Assembly: GCA_964399335.1 (NCBI GenBank)
Contig: CAYNQI010000024.1
Coordinates: 1 to 16,003, forward strand
Source of the DNA: an uncultured Thermoplasmata archaeon
GTDB taxonomy: Archaea > Thermoplasmatota > Thermoplasmata > Halarchaeoplasmatales > Halarchaeoplasmataceae
Length of the DNA stretch: 16,003 bases
Direction of reading: 5' to 3'
Shown: positions 1-8,520 of the stretch, piece by piece
Layout: each line of letters starts with the position of its first letter
Numbering within the stretch: position 1 is the first letter of the stretch
The notes under the pieces: model-generated
What the model saw: the letters and a program-made list of their open reading frames with translations, nothing else
Databases searched by the model: none
Told to the model about the DNA's origin: nothing
Made by a program: the position numbers and the translations under genes

Positions 1-19
1 TTTTAACTGTCATGAATTA

Positions 20-934
20 TTACCCCATGAGTTCTGCCATTATGGCCTTTTGAGCGTGAAGTCTATTTTCTGCTTGGTCGAACACAACTGAATGCTCACC
101 ATCGATGACTTCATCAGTTATCTCGACTCCACGATGAGCCGGTAAACAGTGCATAACGATCACGTTATCCTTGGCCTTGTTCACCATAGATTGATTGACC
201 TGATATTCTTTAAAGGCTTTCAAACGTTTTTCTTTTTCTTCTTCATCACCCATGGATACCCAAACATCAGTATATATCACATCTGCATTTTCAACTGATG
301 AAATTGGATCCTTAGATACTTCAATTTTAGCGCCGTTTTCTTCGCCTATCTCTTTTGCTTTTTCAACAAATTTTTCCATAGGCTCGTAACCTTCAGGGGT
401 ACAAGCGATCATATTCATTCCAACGATGGCAGAACCGAGCATCAATGAATGACAAACGTTATTGCCATCGCCGACATAAACTAGTTTTCTATCGAAATCA
501 TCTTTATGTTCCCTTATAGTCATCAGATCAGCCATAATCTGGCAAGGATGCTCTATATCATCTAGACCACTTATGACAGGTACTGTAGAATTCTCGGCCA
601 ACTCCACCATCATTTCATTTTCAAAAGCTCTGTACATTATACCATCTACATATCTTGACAACACTTTTGCTGTATCAGCGATGGTCTCCCCTCTTCCCAA
701 TTGTAAATCTTTGGGACTGAGATAAAGTGCGTGCCCTCCAAGCTGGGTTGTGCCAACTTCGAAAGATATCCGAGTACGGGTACTTGGTTTCTCAAATATC
801 ATACCTAAACTTTTTCCTTTTAAAGGTTGATACGGCTCTCCGTTCTTGAATTTCTTTTTTATCTCCCCACCTATACGTAAAATCTCTTGTAGCCTGTCTT
901 TAAAATCCAATATCGAGATGAAATCTTTTGCCAT
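20..934 (-). CDS. argF: Ornithine carbamoyltransferase
   Basis: 304-aa ORF with carbamoyl-phosphate motif FEKPSTRTR, HPCQ, YVGDGNNV, DVIYTDVWVSMG and HCLP motifs typical of OTCase. Confidence 0.96.
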   Translation of the reverse strand: MAKDFISILDFKDRLQEILRIGGEIKKKFKNGEPYQPLKGKSLGMIFEKPSTRTRISFEVGTTQLGGHALYLSPKDLQLGRGETIADTAKVLSRYVDGIMYRAFENEMMVELAENSTVPVISGLDDIEHPCQIMADLMTIREHKDDFDRKLVYVGDGNNVCHSLMLGSAIVGMNMIACTPEGYEPMEKFVEKAKEIGEENGAKIEVSKDPISSVENADVIYTDVWVSMGDEEEKEKRLKAFKEYQVNQSMVNKAKDNVIVMHCLPAHRGVEITDEVIDGEHSVVFDQAENRLHAQKAIMAELMG

Positions 935-945
935 GATATCAAGTC

Positions 946-970
946 TGCTATAGCAAAGCTATATTAAAAA
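946..970 (-). promoter_or_regulatory. Putative argF promoter: TATA-like TTTTTAATAT (961-970, minus strand) and perfect palindrome TGCTATAGCA (946-955)
   Basis: TATA-like element about 27 nt upstream of the ATG at 934, implying a near-leaderless transcript. The 10-bp palindrome lies between the TATA element and the inferred start site. Confidence 0.45.
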
Positions 971-984
971 TTGTTGCTGATATT

Positions 985-1890
985 TTATATATATTTACCA
1001 TCAGTGAGTTTTTTCATCATTTCTACATAAAGTTCACTAGTTTTTTGAACCATATCTTCAGTTAAAGGAGGTATGCTCGGTTCTTCTTCGTAATTCTTTC
1101 TTGCTTCCGATATATCCCTGTGATAACCGATTTCACGGTAGTACTGGCGTACGAATTCCTTACTTTTCTGGACGAAGTTTCCTTTCATATACTCCTCTTT
1201 TTCCCAATATAGATCCTCATCTGCAGTTCCGAATGTATCTATAAGCATTATATTCCTTTTCTCGTCCATGGCAAATTCTTTTTTCCCATCGACATGTAAA
1301 AGCCCATTTTTCTCGACGTTATTTTTGATAAGTTTATCTATTTTCAAAATCGATCCTTTTATCTCTTTAAATTCATCTATGGTTAAACCTGAAATTTTTA
1401 GTGCCTTTTCTTCACTCAAATTCCTTTCACTTTCTTCAAATTTAGTAACAACTTCAAAAAATGGTTCAGATAAGCGTTCCCCATACTCTGGCTGTTCTTT
1501 AAAACCTAGATCAGTATAATCTATTTCACCATCGATGATCCTGTCATATAATGATCCTGCAACAAAGTATCTAGAGATAAATTGGAGAGGGATGATGTAA
1601 TTATCAGTTGATTCATCGATCTTGTCGTAATCTGAAATCACATCTACTTTTTTAACGATAATCCTATTGTCTTCAACCATCTCTATAAAATGAGTTTTTA
1701 TACCTAATTCTTCCTCCACTCTATCAAACCAATATTTGGATGTTTTACAAAGTGTTTCTCCTTTGCGTGGTATATCATTGGGAACAATTTTGTCAAATAA
1801 AGAAATGTTATCGGTGAAAAAGAAACTTAGACGATCTTTCCCAACCTCAAATACTTCCTTTACCTTACCTTTTCGGATCAGCTTTCTCAT
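985..1890 (-). CDS. purC: SAICAR synthetase (PurC) family protein with divergent active site
   Basis: GKVKEVF, TDNISLFD, KGETLC, THF, RYFVAGSL, HVDGKKEFAMD, LIDTFGTADED and SKEFVRQYY match Thermoplasmata-type PurC. Start placed at the ATG at 1890 (MRKL), preceded by SD-like GGTG; the ORF track starts at 1902. Confidence 0.85.
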   Translation of the reverse strand: MRKLIRKGKVKEVFEVGKDRLSFFFTDNISLFDKIVPNDIPRKGETLCKTSKYWFDRVEEELGIKTHFIEMVEDNRIIVKKVDVISDYDKIDESTDNYIIPLQFISRYFVAGSLYDRIIDGEIDYTDLGFKEQPEYGERLSEPFFEVVTKFEESERNLSEEKALKISGLTIDEFKEIKGSILKIDKLIKNNVEKNGLLHVDGKKEFAMDEKRNIMLIDTFGTADEDLYWEKEEYMKGNFVQKSKEFVRQYYREIGYHRDISEARKNYEEEPSIPPLTEDMVQKTSELYVEMMKKLTDGKYI

Positions 1891-1945
1891 TTTGGCACCC
1901 ATAAACTATGCTTTCGCAGAAATAGGTGTCTATTTAAGACTTTTG

Positions 1946-2371
1946 TCATTCCGATTTTCCATCAAGATATTCTTTACCTTTTTTTAGAAGGTCTTTAGCA
2001 TTTTTGAAAGTTAACCGTTCCATCGCTTCTTCATATCCTAACCAGACATAATCTTGATGTTCCCGAGATATTTTTACATCTTTAGTTTTGGATTTTCCTA
2101 AGAAATAAACGACCTGCTTGTGAGACATATCGTATCTTTTATGGTAGAAATAATCGATGGTCTCCCTAAATCCTTCGACTATCTCGATTTCACCTTCAGA
2201 TATGCCAGTTTCTTCTTCTAGTTCTCTAAGGGCAGTTTCTATCTCTGTTTCTCCTTCTTCTACATGACCTTTTGGATAATCCCAATGGCCTGCAGGGTAA
2301 TGCAATAGTAAAAATTCCTCTCCTTCATTTTCCCGGAATATCAAAAACCCCGTAGATTTTTCTTGTATCAT
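1946..2371 (-). CDS. Nudix hydrolase, probably bis(5'-nucleosyl)-tetraphosphatase (asymmetrical Ap4A hydrolase type)
   Basis: Intact Nudix box GHVEEGETEIETALRELEEETGI preceded by LLLHYPAGHWDYPK, with SREHQDYVW near the C-terminus. Start placed at 2371 (MIQEK), 1 nt after the stop of the upstream PAC2 gene. Confidence 0.88.
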   Translation of the reverse strand: MIQEKSTGFLIFRENEGEEFLLLHYPAGHWDYPKGHVEEGETEIETALRELEEETGISEGEIEIVEGFRETIDYFYHKRYDMSHKQVVYFLGKSKTKDVKISREHQDYVWLGYEEAMERLTFKNAKDLLKKGKEYLDGKSE

Positions 2372-2372
2372 T

Positions 2373-3116
2373 TTATCCATATAGAGGTGGATGAGCCGAC
2401 TTTTGGTCCATATCATCCTGGGCTTGTTTTGTCTGCTGAACAAGTTGGGCATACTGGTTTTCTAACTGTTCTGCACTTTCTATGAGAGAACTAGTATCGA
2501 TGTCGAATCCCCTGTAATCTGCAAATCGTTCAAGTAATGCTGCTGAAGCTCTTGGGTCTGGGATCTTACGTTTCCCTTCGGCCAGCATTCCAACCGCTTT
2601 CAGATTTTTTTCATGGGCTATCAGAAGTAATGAACTTGAAATTCCTGATATAGCACCTCTCTCGATAATCTCGATTCCGAGTTTATCTGCTTCATCTGCA
2701 GCTGAATGTGAACTCAATACACCCCATATCTTTTTTTCCTCTTCTTCTCTATCTTCTCTTATTGGAATTCCATCTAGAATTATCACTTCTTCTATACCGT
2801 GGTTCAGACTCCAGTCTATAAGACTTCTTGCAAGTGATTCGGCGATATTCGGAGGTATCACCATATCTGCTTTAACTAAAAGGAACCCATTCCCACAGAA
2901 AATTCTGACAGGTCTCCTTGGGATACCGTCGAAAATAACTGCAGTCGGTGGAAATCTCTCTGATTCTACTGAAGCGATCTGTTTTAGGTCCAGGGCGTTT
3001 ATGAGCTGTTCAGAGGCTATACCCCCTATTAAACCAGTTCCTGGAAATCCTGCAAGGAGAACATCAACTTCTGGGATTTCATCTTCTTCATTTATTTTAA
3101 ATTCTATTTCACTCAT
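2373..3116 (-). CDS. Proteasome assembly chaperone, PAC2 family (PbaA/PbaB-like)
   Basis: GFPGTGLIGGIA N-terminal motif, PDPRASAALL, coiled C-terminal segment and C-terminal HbYX motif (LYG). Confidence 0.9.
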   Translation of the reverse strand: MSEIEFKINEEDEIPEVDVLLAGFPGTGLIGGIASEQLINALDLKQIASVESERFPPTAVIFDGIPRRPVRIFCGNGFLLVKADMVIPPNIAESLARSLIDWSLNHGIEEVIILDGIPIREDREEEEKKIWGVLSSHSAADEADKLGIEIIERGAISGISSSLLLIAHEKNLKAVGMLAEGKRKIPDPRASAALLERFADYRGFDIDTSSLIESAEQLENQYAQLVQQTKQAQDDMDQKSAHPPLYG

Positions 3117-3207
3117 TTTATCACATATATATGGATAGTTAACTTAAAAGTAATACTTCTATTTTTGCATGTAATTGGATTTTTTGGAGTATTTAAGAAA
3201 TCGATAA

Positions 3208-3215
3208 TTTTTTAA
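3208..3215 (+). promoter_or_regulatory. Putative TATA box for leaderless hps-RraA transcript
   Basis: TTTTTTAA ending 23 nt before the ATG at 3239, preceded by purine-rich GAAATCGATAA; no SD is visible. Confidence 0.45.
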
Positions 3216-3238
3216 CGTACTCGACTCATACTCTAGAC

Positions 3239-4531
3239 ATGAGCGTGAAACTCCAAGTAGCTTTAGATTTGATGAATCTTCGAAGAGCAGTGAATATAGC
3301 TAAACTTGCAGTTGATGGTGGCGTAGATTGGATCGAAGCTGGTACATTACTTATAAAATCAGAGGGTATGGAAGCGATCAGGAGATTGAGGAAAGAATTC
3401 CCTGATAAAAAGATATTTGCCGATATGAAAACCATGGATGTTGGTGGAGCAGAGGTCGAAATGGCATCTAAAGCCGGGGCCGACATTGTTGGTATATTAG
3501 GAGCTTCAGACGATGAAACTATCAAAGAGAGCTTGAGAGCTGCTAGGAATTACGATACCGAAATTTTGGTAGATTTGATCCAAGTCCCTAACAAAGTAGA
3601 GCGGGCCAAAGAAGTTTGCCAACTTGGAATCGATTACCTAGGAGTCCATGTCGGTGTTGACACCCAAATGAAAGGAGCCGATCCTTTAGAGATAGTTGAA
3701 GAAGTGTCATCCATAAGTACCGTTCCTATAGCTGCTGCAGGGGGAATCACGTCAGAGGACGCCTCAGAGATTGTAAAAAGGGGTGCTGAGATAATCATTG
3801 TAGGAGGGGCGATCACAAAATCCAAAGATGTTACTGAATCTACAAGAAAAATTAAGAGGGCTATAAGTGAAGGTATTTCTTTAAAATCAGATGTTTCTAA
3901 GAAGTTTGGTCTAGAAAATATAAGAGAGATATTTGAAAAGGTATCAACCCCAAATATTTCAGATGCAATGCATAGAGAGCCAAGTATGGAAGGTATTATT
4001 CCTATGACCATCAAGGGAGAAAAGATCATAGGTAAAGCTTTCACGGTAAAAACAGTAGATGGTGATTGGGCAAAACCTGTAGAGGCTATTCAAGCAGCAG
4101 AAGAAGGGATGGTAATAGTGATAGATGCTGACGCTGGAAGGAGTGCGGTGTGGGGCGAGTTAGCTTCCTGGTCATGTCATAATAAAGGCATAAATGGAGT
4201 AGTGATTGATGGTGCTTTAAGAGATGTTGATGATATAGAAGAGCTTGGTTTTCCCGTCTTTGCGAGGTATAGAGCTTCAAATGCAGGAGAACCCAAAGGT
4301 TACGGTGGATTGAACAATGATATTGTTTGTGGAGGAAGGAAGGTCAGACCCGGTGATTGGATTATCGGTGATGATAGCGGTGTGATGGTTGTACCAAAAG
4401 AGGAGGCTGTTCAGGTAGCTAATAGGGCCTTGGATGTTATGGAGAAAGAGAACAGGATAAGAGAGGAGATAAAGGAAGGAGATACCCTCTCAGTAGTCAT
4501 GGAATTAGAGAAATGGGAAAAACAAGACTAG
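3239..4531 (+). CDS. hps: Bifunctional 3-hexulose-6-phosphate synthase / RraA-family (HMG aldolase-like) fusion protein
   Basis: N-terminal OMPDC/HPS barrel (LQVALDL, WIEAGT, ADMKTMD, GVHVGVDTQ, AGGI, IVGGAITK) fused to an RraA-like domain (STPNISDAM, VWGELAS, IDGALRDVDDI, GDWIIGDDSGV). Confidence 0.9.
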   Translation: MSVKLQVALDLMNLRRAVNIAKLAVDGGVDWIEAGTLLIKSEGMEAIRRLRKEFPDKKIFADMKTMDVGGAEVEMASKAGADIVGILGASDDETIKESLRAARNYDTEILVDLIQVPNKVERAKEVCQLGIDYLGVHVGVDTQMKGADPLEIVEEVSSISTVPIAAAGGITSEDASEIVKRGAEIIIVGGAITKSKDVTESTRKIKRAISEGISLKSDVSKKFGLENIREIFEKVSTPNISDAMHREPSMEGIIPMTIKGEKIIGKAFTVKTVDGDWAKPVEAIQAAEEGMVIVIDADAGRSAVWGELASWSCHNKGINGVVIDGALRDVDDIEELGFPVFARYRASNAGEPKGYGGLNNDIVCGGRKVRPGDWIIGDDSGVMVVPKEEAVQVANRALDVMEKENRIREEIKEGDTLSVVMELEKWEKQD

Positions 4532-5373
4532 ATACTTAAAAAATCTTTAGACCTGATAACTTCAAGACCCAGATTATCTTCTCTCACCCATTTTCTGATT
4601 CTGTTTCTCTCCTTAGCACTTGTACTGCTTCTATCAAAATATAGATATTCAGCATCTGGGGTGTTCTCAACGACTTTACGAAGCGTACCTTTAGTAAGAT
4701 ACTTCAATCCCCATCCAGGTATCATATGTCCTATTGAAACCTTCCTTTCAAGTGCTAGATCAGTGAATCGTGGTGCATAGTGTCCCCCACCTATACATAT
4801 TGAAACAGGATAGTTTTTTGGTAATTCATTTTTTAAATCTAAAACAGTTTTAGCAATAACATATCCAGCATCTTCGTCCATCCATCGCTTTTTATCGCTG
4901 CCTATTTCTATATAAAAAGTTGGAGTTTCTAGATATGGTCCATGGTGTGTAGCCTCAAAAGATACATCGTAATCTGATATTTCACTATTATTTTTATAAT
5001 TCTGGTTTAAAAGTCTTAATGCATGTGTCATCTCATGGGGTGCAGATGGAACAAGTTCTCCATGATTTCCACCAAATTTTGCTTCACCTAGGTTTCCAAT
5101 GGGATGTACCGTTAAAGAATTGATCCCGGCTTCGGAAGCGTGTTTTGAAATAAATATTACTAAATCGAATTCCTCATTAAACTTCTCCGATATTTTTTTG
5201 TCTAGATTATTAACATATATGTGATGTTGTTGTACAGTTGCTGATAGGAAATCATCCCCTCGGTATACTGGATTATCTTCAAATTCACCGATATTATCCC
5301 AATCAAACTTGAGTAGATTTTCAAGGATGTTCATGCTTGCATGGTCTTTTACCGAGGAGATCATCAGTTTCAT
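4528..5373 (-). CDS. dtdA: D-aminoacyl-tRNA deacylase (archaeal DtdA/DTD2)
   Basis: IFISKHAS, LTVHPIGN, FEATHHGP, FYIEIGS, IGGGHYAPRF and GHMIP motifs. Confidence 0.93.
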   Translation of the reverse strand: MKLMISSVKDHASMNILENLLKFDWDNIGEFEDNPVYRGDDFLSATVQQHHIYVNNLDKKISEKFNEEFDLVIFISKHASEAGINSLTVHPIGNLGEAKFGGNHGELVPSAPHEMTHALRLLNQNYKNNSEISDYDVSFEATHHGPYLETPTFYIEIGSDKKRWMDEDAGYVIAKTVLDLKNELPKNYPVSICIGGGHYAPRFTDLALERKVSIGHMIPGWGLKYLTKGTLRKVVENTPDAEYLYFDRSSTSAKERNRIRKWVREDNLGLEVIRSKDFLSI

Positions 5374-5404
5374 GGTCTTTTATTATAGAGGTATCTAATG
5401 TTTG

Positions 5405-5437
5405 TTACGATTGTCGTAAAGAAAAACGATTTATATG
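5405..5437 (+). promoter_or_regulatory. Palindrome TTACGA-N3-TCGTAA (5405-5419) followed by BRE-like AAAAACGA and TATA box TTTATATG (5430-5437)
   Basis: Read directly in the dtdA / membrane-protein divergent intergenic region. TATA spacing fits a start at 5468. Confidence 0.5.
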
Positions 5438-5467
5438 GTTGGAACTGTATCAAGTCAGTGTATTAAG

Positions 5468-5854
5468 ATGGATATACCAGATTTGTCTAAGTCTGAGGCA
5501 CTAGATGACCTTTTAGAGAATAGTCCCACTTCAGTCAATGAACTTGAAGATCTACAAGTCTATAGGATCTTGATAGTTATAGCCTCTTATATGGCCTTAG
5601 GTATCGGTATCCTTCATTTTGTTTTATCAATCGGAACTATGCCATTTGCTAGTCTATCTCTTAAACTGATAATTAATGTTGTTTTTGGATTTTTATTATT
5701 GTTGGCTTTTCATAATATAGTTTACAAAAAGATCAAGTGGTCGGTCATGACTATTATATTCTCTTTAATTCTGATTGCAATGGGAGGGATAGTTGGCTTA
5801 CTTGCAGGAACTCTTTCGTTGTTTGGAGGGTTACTTTCACTATTTTATGATTGA
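5468..5854 (+). CDS. Small integral membrane protein (about 4 hydrophobic segments), function unknown
   Basis: Acidic soluble N-terminus followed by hydrophobic helices ending in a glycine-rich GGIVGLLAGTLSLFGGLL segment. The ATG at 5435 overlaps the TATA box, so the start is placed at 5468 (MDIPDL). Confidence 0.7.
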   Translation: MDIPDLSKSEALDDLLENSPTSVNELEDLQVYRILIVIASYMALGIGILHFVLSIGTMPFASLSLKLIINVVFGFLLLLAFHNIVYKKIKWSVMTIIFSLILIAMGGIVGLLAGTLSLFGGLLSLFYD

Positions 5855-5915
5855 TTTTTTAAAGTCAAAAAGGGATAAGCTTTTACGGAACGAGTTCTAT
5901 GTAATATTGAGTAAA

Positions 5916-6437
5916 ATGAAAGAAGGAACTGACATTTTAACAAAATTGATGGCAGTGGCTGCCAGGAATTCACCTAAAGCCCTAGATGAATCATTTTTAG
6001 AAATCCTTGTTCTTGATGAAGCTGAAAAAGAAATGCTCGTAGAGGAGATGTATCAGCTTTCAGACGAAAGGGACGACGAGATATATACTCTGAAGGGTGA
6101 CGAAATAGAGAAATCTGATAGAGTCCTCTTAATAGGACTCGATAAACATCCAGGTCTTGGTATAGACTGTAAAGCATGTGGATATGAAAATTGTGAGGAG
6201 ATGGAGAACTCTAAGCAGAAAATGGATATCTTTGAGGGACCTAACTGTGTTTACCGTGTGATCGATATGGGAAATGCGGCAGGATATGCTCTTCAGAATG
6301 CCTCTAAGAACGACATAGATGCCAAGATATCTATTAAAGGAGGCCTGGCTGCTAAAAATTTAGGTTTGTCCACTACAAGGATTTGTCTAGCAATAATCGT
6401 TATGTCAAATTCTAAAAAGGGACTATTCGATATCTGA
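5916..6437 (+). CDS. DUF2148/COG4739-like ferredoxin-domain (Fe-S, nitroreductase-fold) protein
   Basis: LMAVAARNSPK N-terminal motif, four cysteines CKAC-x4-C-x17-C (DCKACGYENC...GPNC) and a D-x-G-x-A-x-G helix. Start placed at MKEGTD (5916); 5847 is an alternative. Confidence 0.75.
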   Translation: MKEGTDILTKLMAVAARNSPKALDESFLEILVLDEAEKEMLVEEMYQLSDERDDEIYTLKGDEIEKSDRVLLIGLDKHPGLGIDCKACGYENCEEMENSKQKMDIFEGPNCVYRVIDMGNAAGYALQNASKNDIDAKISIKGGLAAKNLGLSTTRICLAIIVMSNSKKGLFDI

Positions 6438-7178
6438 ATTCATATTTTCATAAACACCTATCTGAAGTGTCCTAAAATCTTCAAGAGTACCTAAATAAGT
6501 CCCATCCAAAAGGTAAACTTCTTCATCTTTTAAGTTTGAGTTATTTAACAGTGGTCCCATAAATCCATTTTCGTTGATACTGTTTCCACCTAATAGATTA
6601 TTAAAATGCGGCATGAGTACAATATTTCCTTCGAAATCTTCATATTCGAATCTCATCTTTATCCAACACTGGATCTTCTCTCTAACACCTAGGTTATCGA
6701 ACGTAGAGATAGTGGGATGACTATGTGCTAAAACTATAGTTTTAGAATCAAGAACTTCTTCAGAGGGATTCGCATGCCCATGTAAAATCCCGATATCATC
6801 CATTACATATCCATTTGATTCATGTATTATCACGTCACTTGGAAGATACCTATCTATACCCCCGTCATGATTCCCCAGAACCAAATGGATCTCCTCTACA
6901 AATTCAAGCCAGAGATCGATGATCCTTGGGATCTCTTTGTATTCCTGCCAAGTGCTCGATGGGATATTGTGTTTGAGATCACCGTTGATCACGAGCCTCT
7001 TATATTTACTATCCTTTAATATATCACATATCTCTTGTGACATAACGTTAGTTTGGCTGGGAAGATTAACTCCTTTTTTTTCTAATTCTCTTTCATAACC
7101 GACATGTAGATCAGCTACTATCAATGAGTGGTTTATCGATAAAACCTTCTTGTTCCATAAAGGTTGTAATTCTTTCAT
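6423..7178 (-). CDS. Calcineurin-like metallophosphoesterase (archaeal ICC-like, COG1407 type)
   Basis: All five metal motifs present: ADLHVG, NGDLKH, GNHD, HGH, HSHP; also MPHFN. Confidence 0.9.
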   Translation of the reverse strand: MKELQPLWNKKVLSINHSLIVADLHVGYERELEKKGVNLPSQTNVMSQEICDILKDSKYKRLVINGDLKHNIPSSTWQEYKEIPRIIDLWLEFVEEIHLVLGNHDGGIDRYLPSDVIIHESNGYVMDDIGILHGHANPSEEVLDSKTIVLAHSHPTISTFDNLGVREKIQCWIKMRFEYEDFEGNIVLMPHFNNLLGGNSINENGFMGPLLNNSNLKDEEVYLLDGTYLGTLEDFRTLQIGVYENMNSDIE

Positions 7179-7187
7179 ATCTGATCT

Positions 7188-8513
7188 TTATAGGTTTGAT
7201 AAGTATTTATCTATCTCCCATTTTGAAATATGCTGTCTATATTCATCCCATTCTTCTCTTTTTTTATGTAAAAAGTGTTTGAAAAGGTGATCCCCTAATG
7301 TATTTTTAACGAGTTTGCTTTCTTCCATAAGGTTCAATGCATGACCGAGATTAGTGGGAAGCGATTTGATACCCATATTAGTTTGTTCCTTTCTATTTAG
7401 ACTATATATATCGTTTTCAACTGGGTCTGGAGATATTGTTTTTTCTTCGATACCTTTTAGACCAGCAGATAATAAAGTCGCAAATTGTAAATAAGGATTA
7501 CCTGATGGATCTGGATTTCTAACTTCAACTCTAGTTGATTTACCTCTACCAGCTGGGATCCTAAATAGAGCACTTCTATTTAAATGAGACCAGCAAACGT
7601 ATGCAGGGGCTTCATAGCCAGGGACTAATCTTTTGAAGGAATTCACTGATGAGTTTTGTATAGCACATATTTCACGAGCATATTTTACAAGCCCGCCTAT
7701 GAAATATTTCATAGTTTCACTCAATCCATCATCGGCCTTTTTGTCGTAAAAAGTGTTTTTTCCATGTTGATCAAACAGACTCAAGTGTACATGCATACCT
7801 GAACCATTGACTTTTTCAATGGGTTTAGGCATAAATGTTGCATGCAAATTATTTAGAGCTGCTACAGTTTTGATGCCGTGTTTTAGTGTCATTATAGAAT
7901 CAGCTATGACCAGACCATCATCATATCTCAAGTCAATTTCATGTTGTCCAGCAGCACCTTCATGATGTGAGGCCTCTACCTCGAATCCCATTTCTTCAAA
8001 ATAAAGGTTACATTCTTTTCTCACTTTTTCAGCAGTATCCAATGGCATAAGATCGAAATAACCTCCCTGATCGTCGGGATTTCTAGTAGGTTTGCCTAAG
8101 TCATCTAATTTAAATAAGAAAAATTCGAATTCCGGACCAGTATTAAATTTGTATCCCATTTTTTCAGCTTTCCTCATTACTTTTTGTAAAATGTATCTAG
8201 GATCACCTTCAAAACGTTCACCCCCGGAATCGTAAATATTACATATCATCCTAGCAGTTTTAATATGTCCTTCAGACCATGGAAATATCACGAATGTATT
8301 TAAGTCAGGATATGCTCTTAGATCGGATTCATCGATGGTAGCATAACCAACAATTGAGGAACCGTCGAAAATCACACCCTCGTCTATAGCTCTTTCAAGA
8401 TGTTTTGCAGGTATGGATACGGTTTTCACACCTCCTAAAATATCCATAAACTGTAATTCGATAAACTTTACTTCCTCCTTCTCTATAATACTCAAGATCT
8501 CTTCTTTATCCAT
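7188..8513 (-). CDS. glnA: Glutamine synthetase type I (GSI-alpha)
   Basis: FDGSSI, GPEFEFFLF, HHE..GQHEI, FMPKP..NGSGMHVHLSL, KRLVPGYEAP, NRSA and RVEVRNPDPSGNPYL motifs; 441 aa. Confidence 0.97.
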   Translation of the reverse strand: MDKEEILSIIEKEEVKFIELQFMDILGGVKTVSIPAKHLERAIDEGVIFDGSSIVGYATIDESDLRAYPDLNTFVIFPWSEGHIKTARMICNIYDSGGERFEGDPRYILQKVMRKAEKMGYKFNTGPEFEFFLFKLDDLGKPTRNPDDQGGYFDLMPLDTAEKVRKECNLYFEEMGFEVEASHHEGAAGQHEIDLRYDDGLVIADSIMTLKHGIKTVAALNNLHATFMPKPIEKVNGSGMHVHLSLFDQHGKNTFYDKKADDGLSETMKYFIGGLVKYAREICAIQNSSVNSFKRLVPGYEAPAYVCWSHLNRSALFRIPAGRGKSTRVEVRNPDPSGNPYLQFATLLSAGLKGIEEKTISPDPVENDIYSLNRKEQTNMGIKSLPTNLGHALNLMEESKLVKNTLGDHLFKHFLHKKREEWDEYRQHISKWEIDKYLSNL

Positions 8514-8520
8514 GTATCTA

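Noticed and set aside
1268-1987. Plus-strand ORFs 1268-1519 and 1736-1987
   Set aside because: Antisense shadows of purC/Nudix, Ser/Phe-rich as expected from the reverse complement of K/E-rich coding DNA; no motifs.
3226-4280. Minus-strand ORFs 3226-3525, 3634-4044 and 4086-4280
   Set aside because: Entirely antisense to the well-supported hps-RraA gene; composition typical of shadow frames.
5793-5915. N-terminal extension of the DUF2148 ORF from 5793
   Set aside because: Overlaps the membrane-protein gene by 62 nt; family-like sequence begins only near 5916.
5974-7019. Short ORFs 5974-6177 (-) and 6822-7019 (+)
   Set aside because: Antisense to supported genes, with no recognizable motifs or RBS.
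6423-8513. Functional link between glnA and the downstream metallophosphoesterase (e.g. GS demodification)
   Set aside because: Only a 9-nt gap supports it; this phosphoesterase family is usually linked to nucleic-acid metabolism, and no modifying enzyme is nearby.
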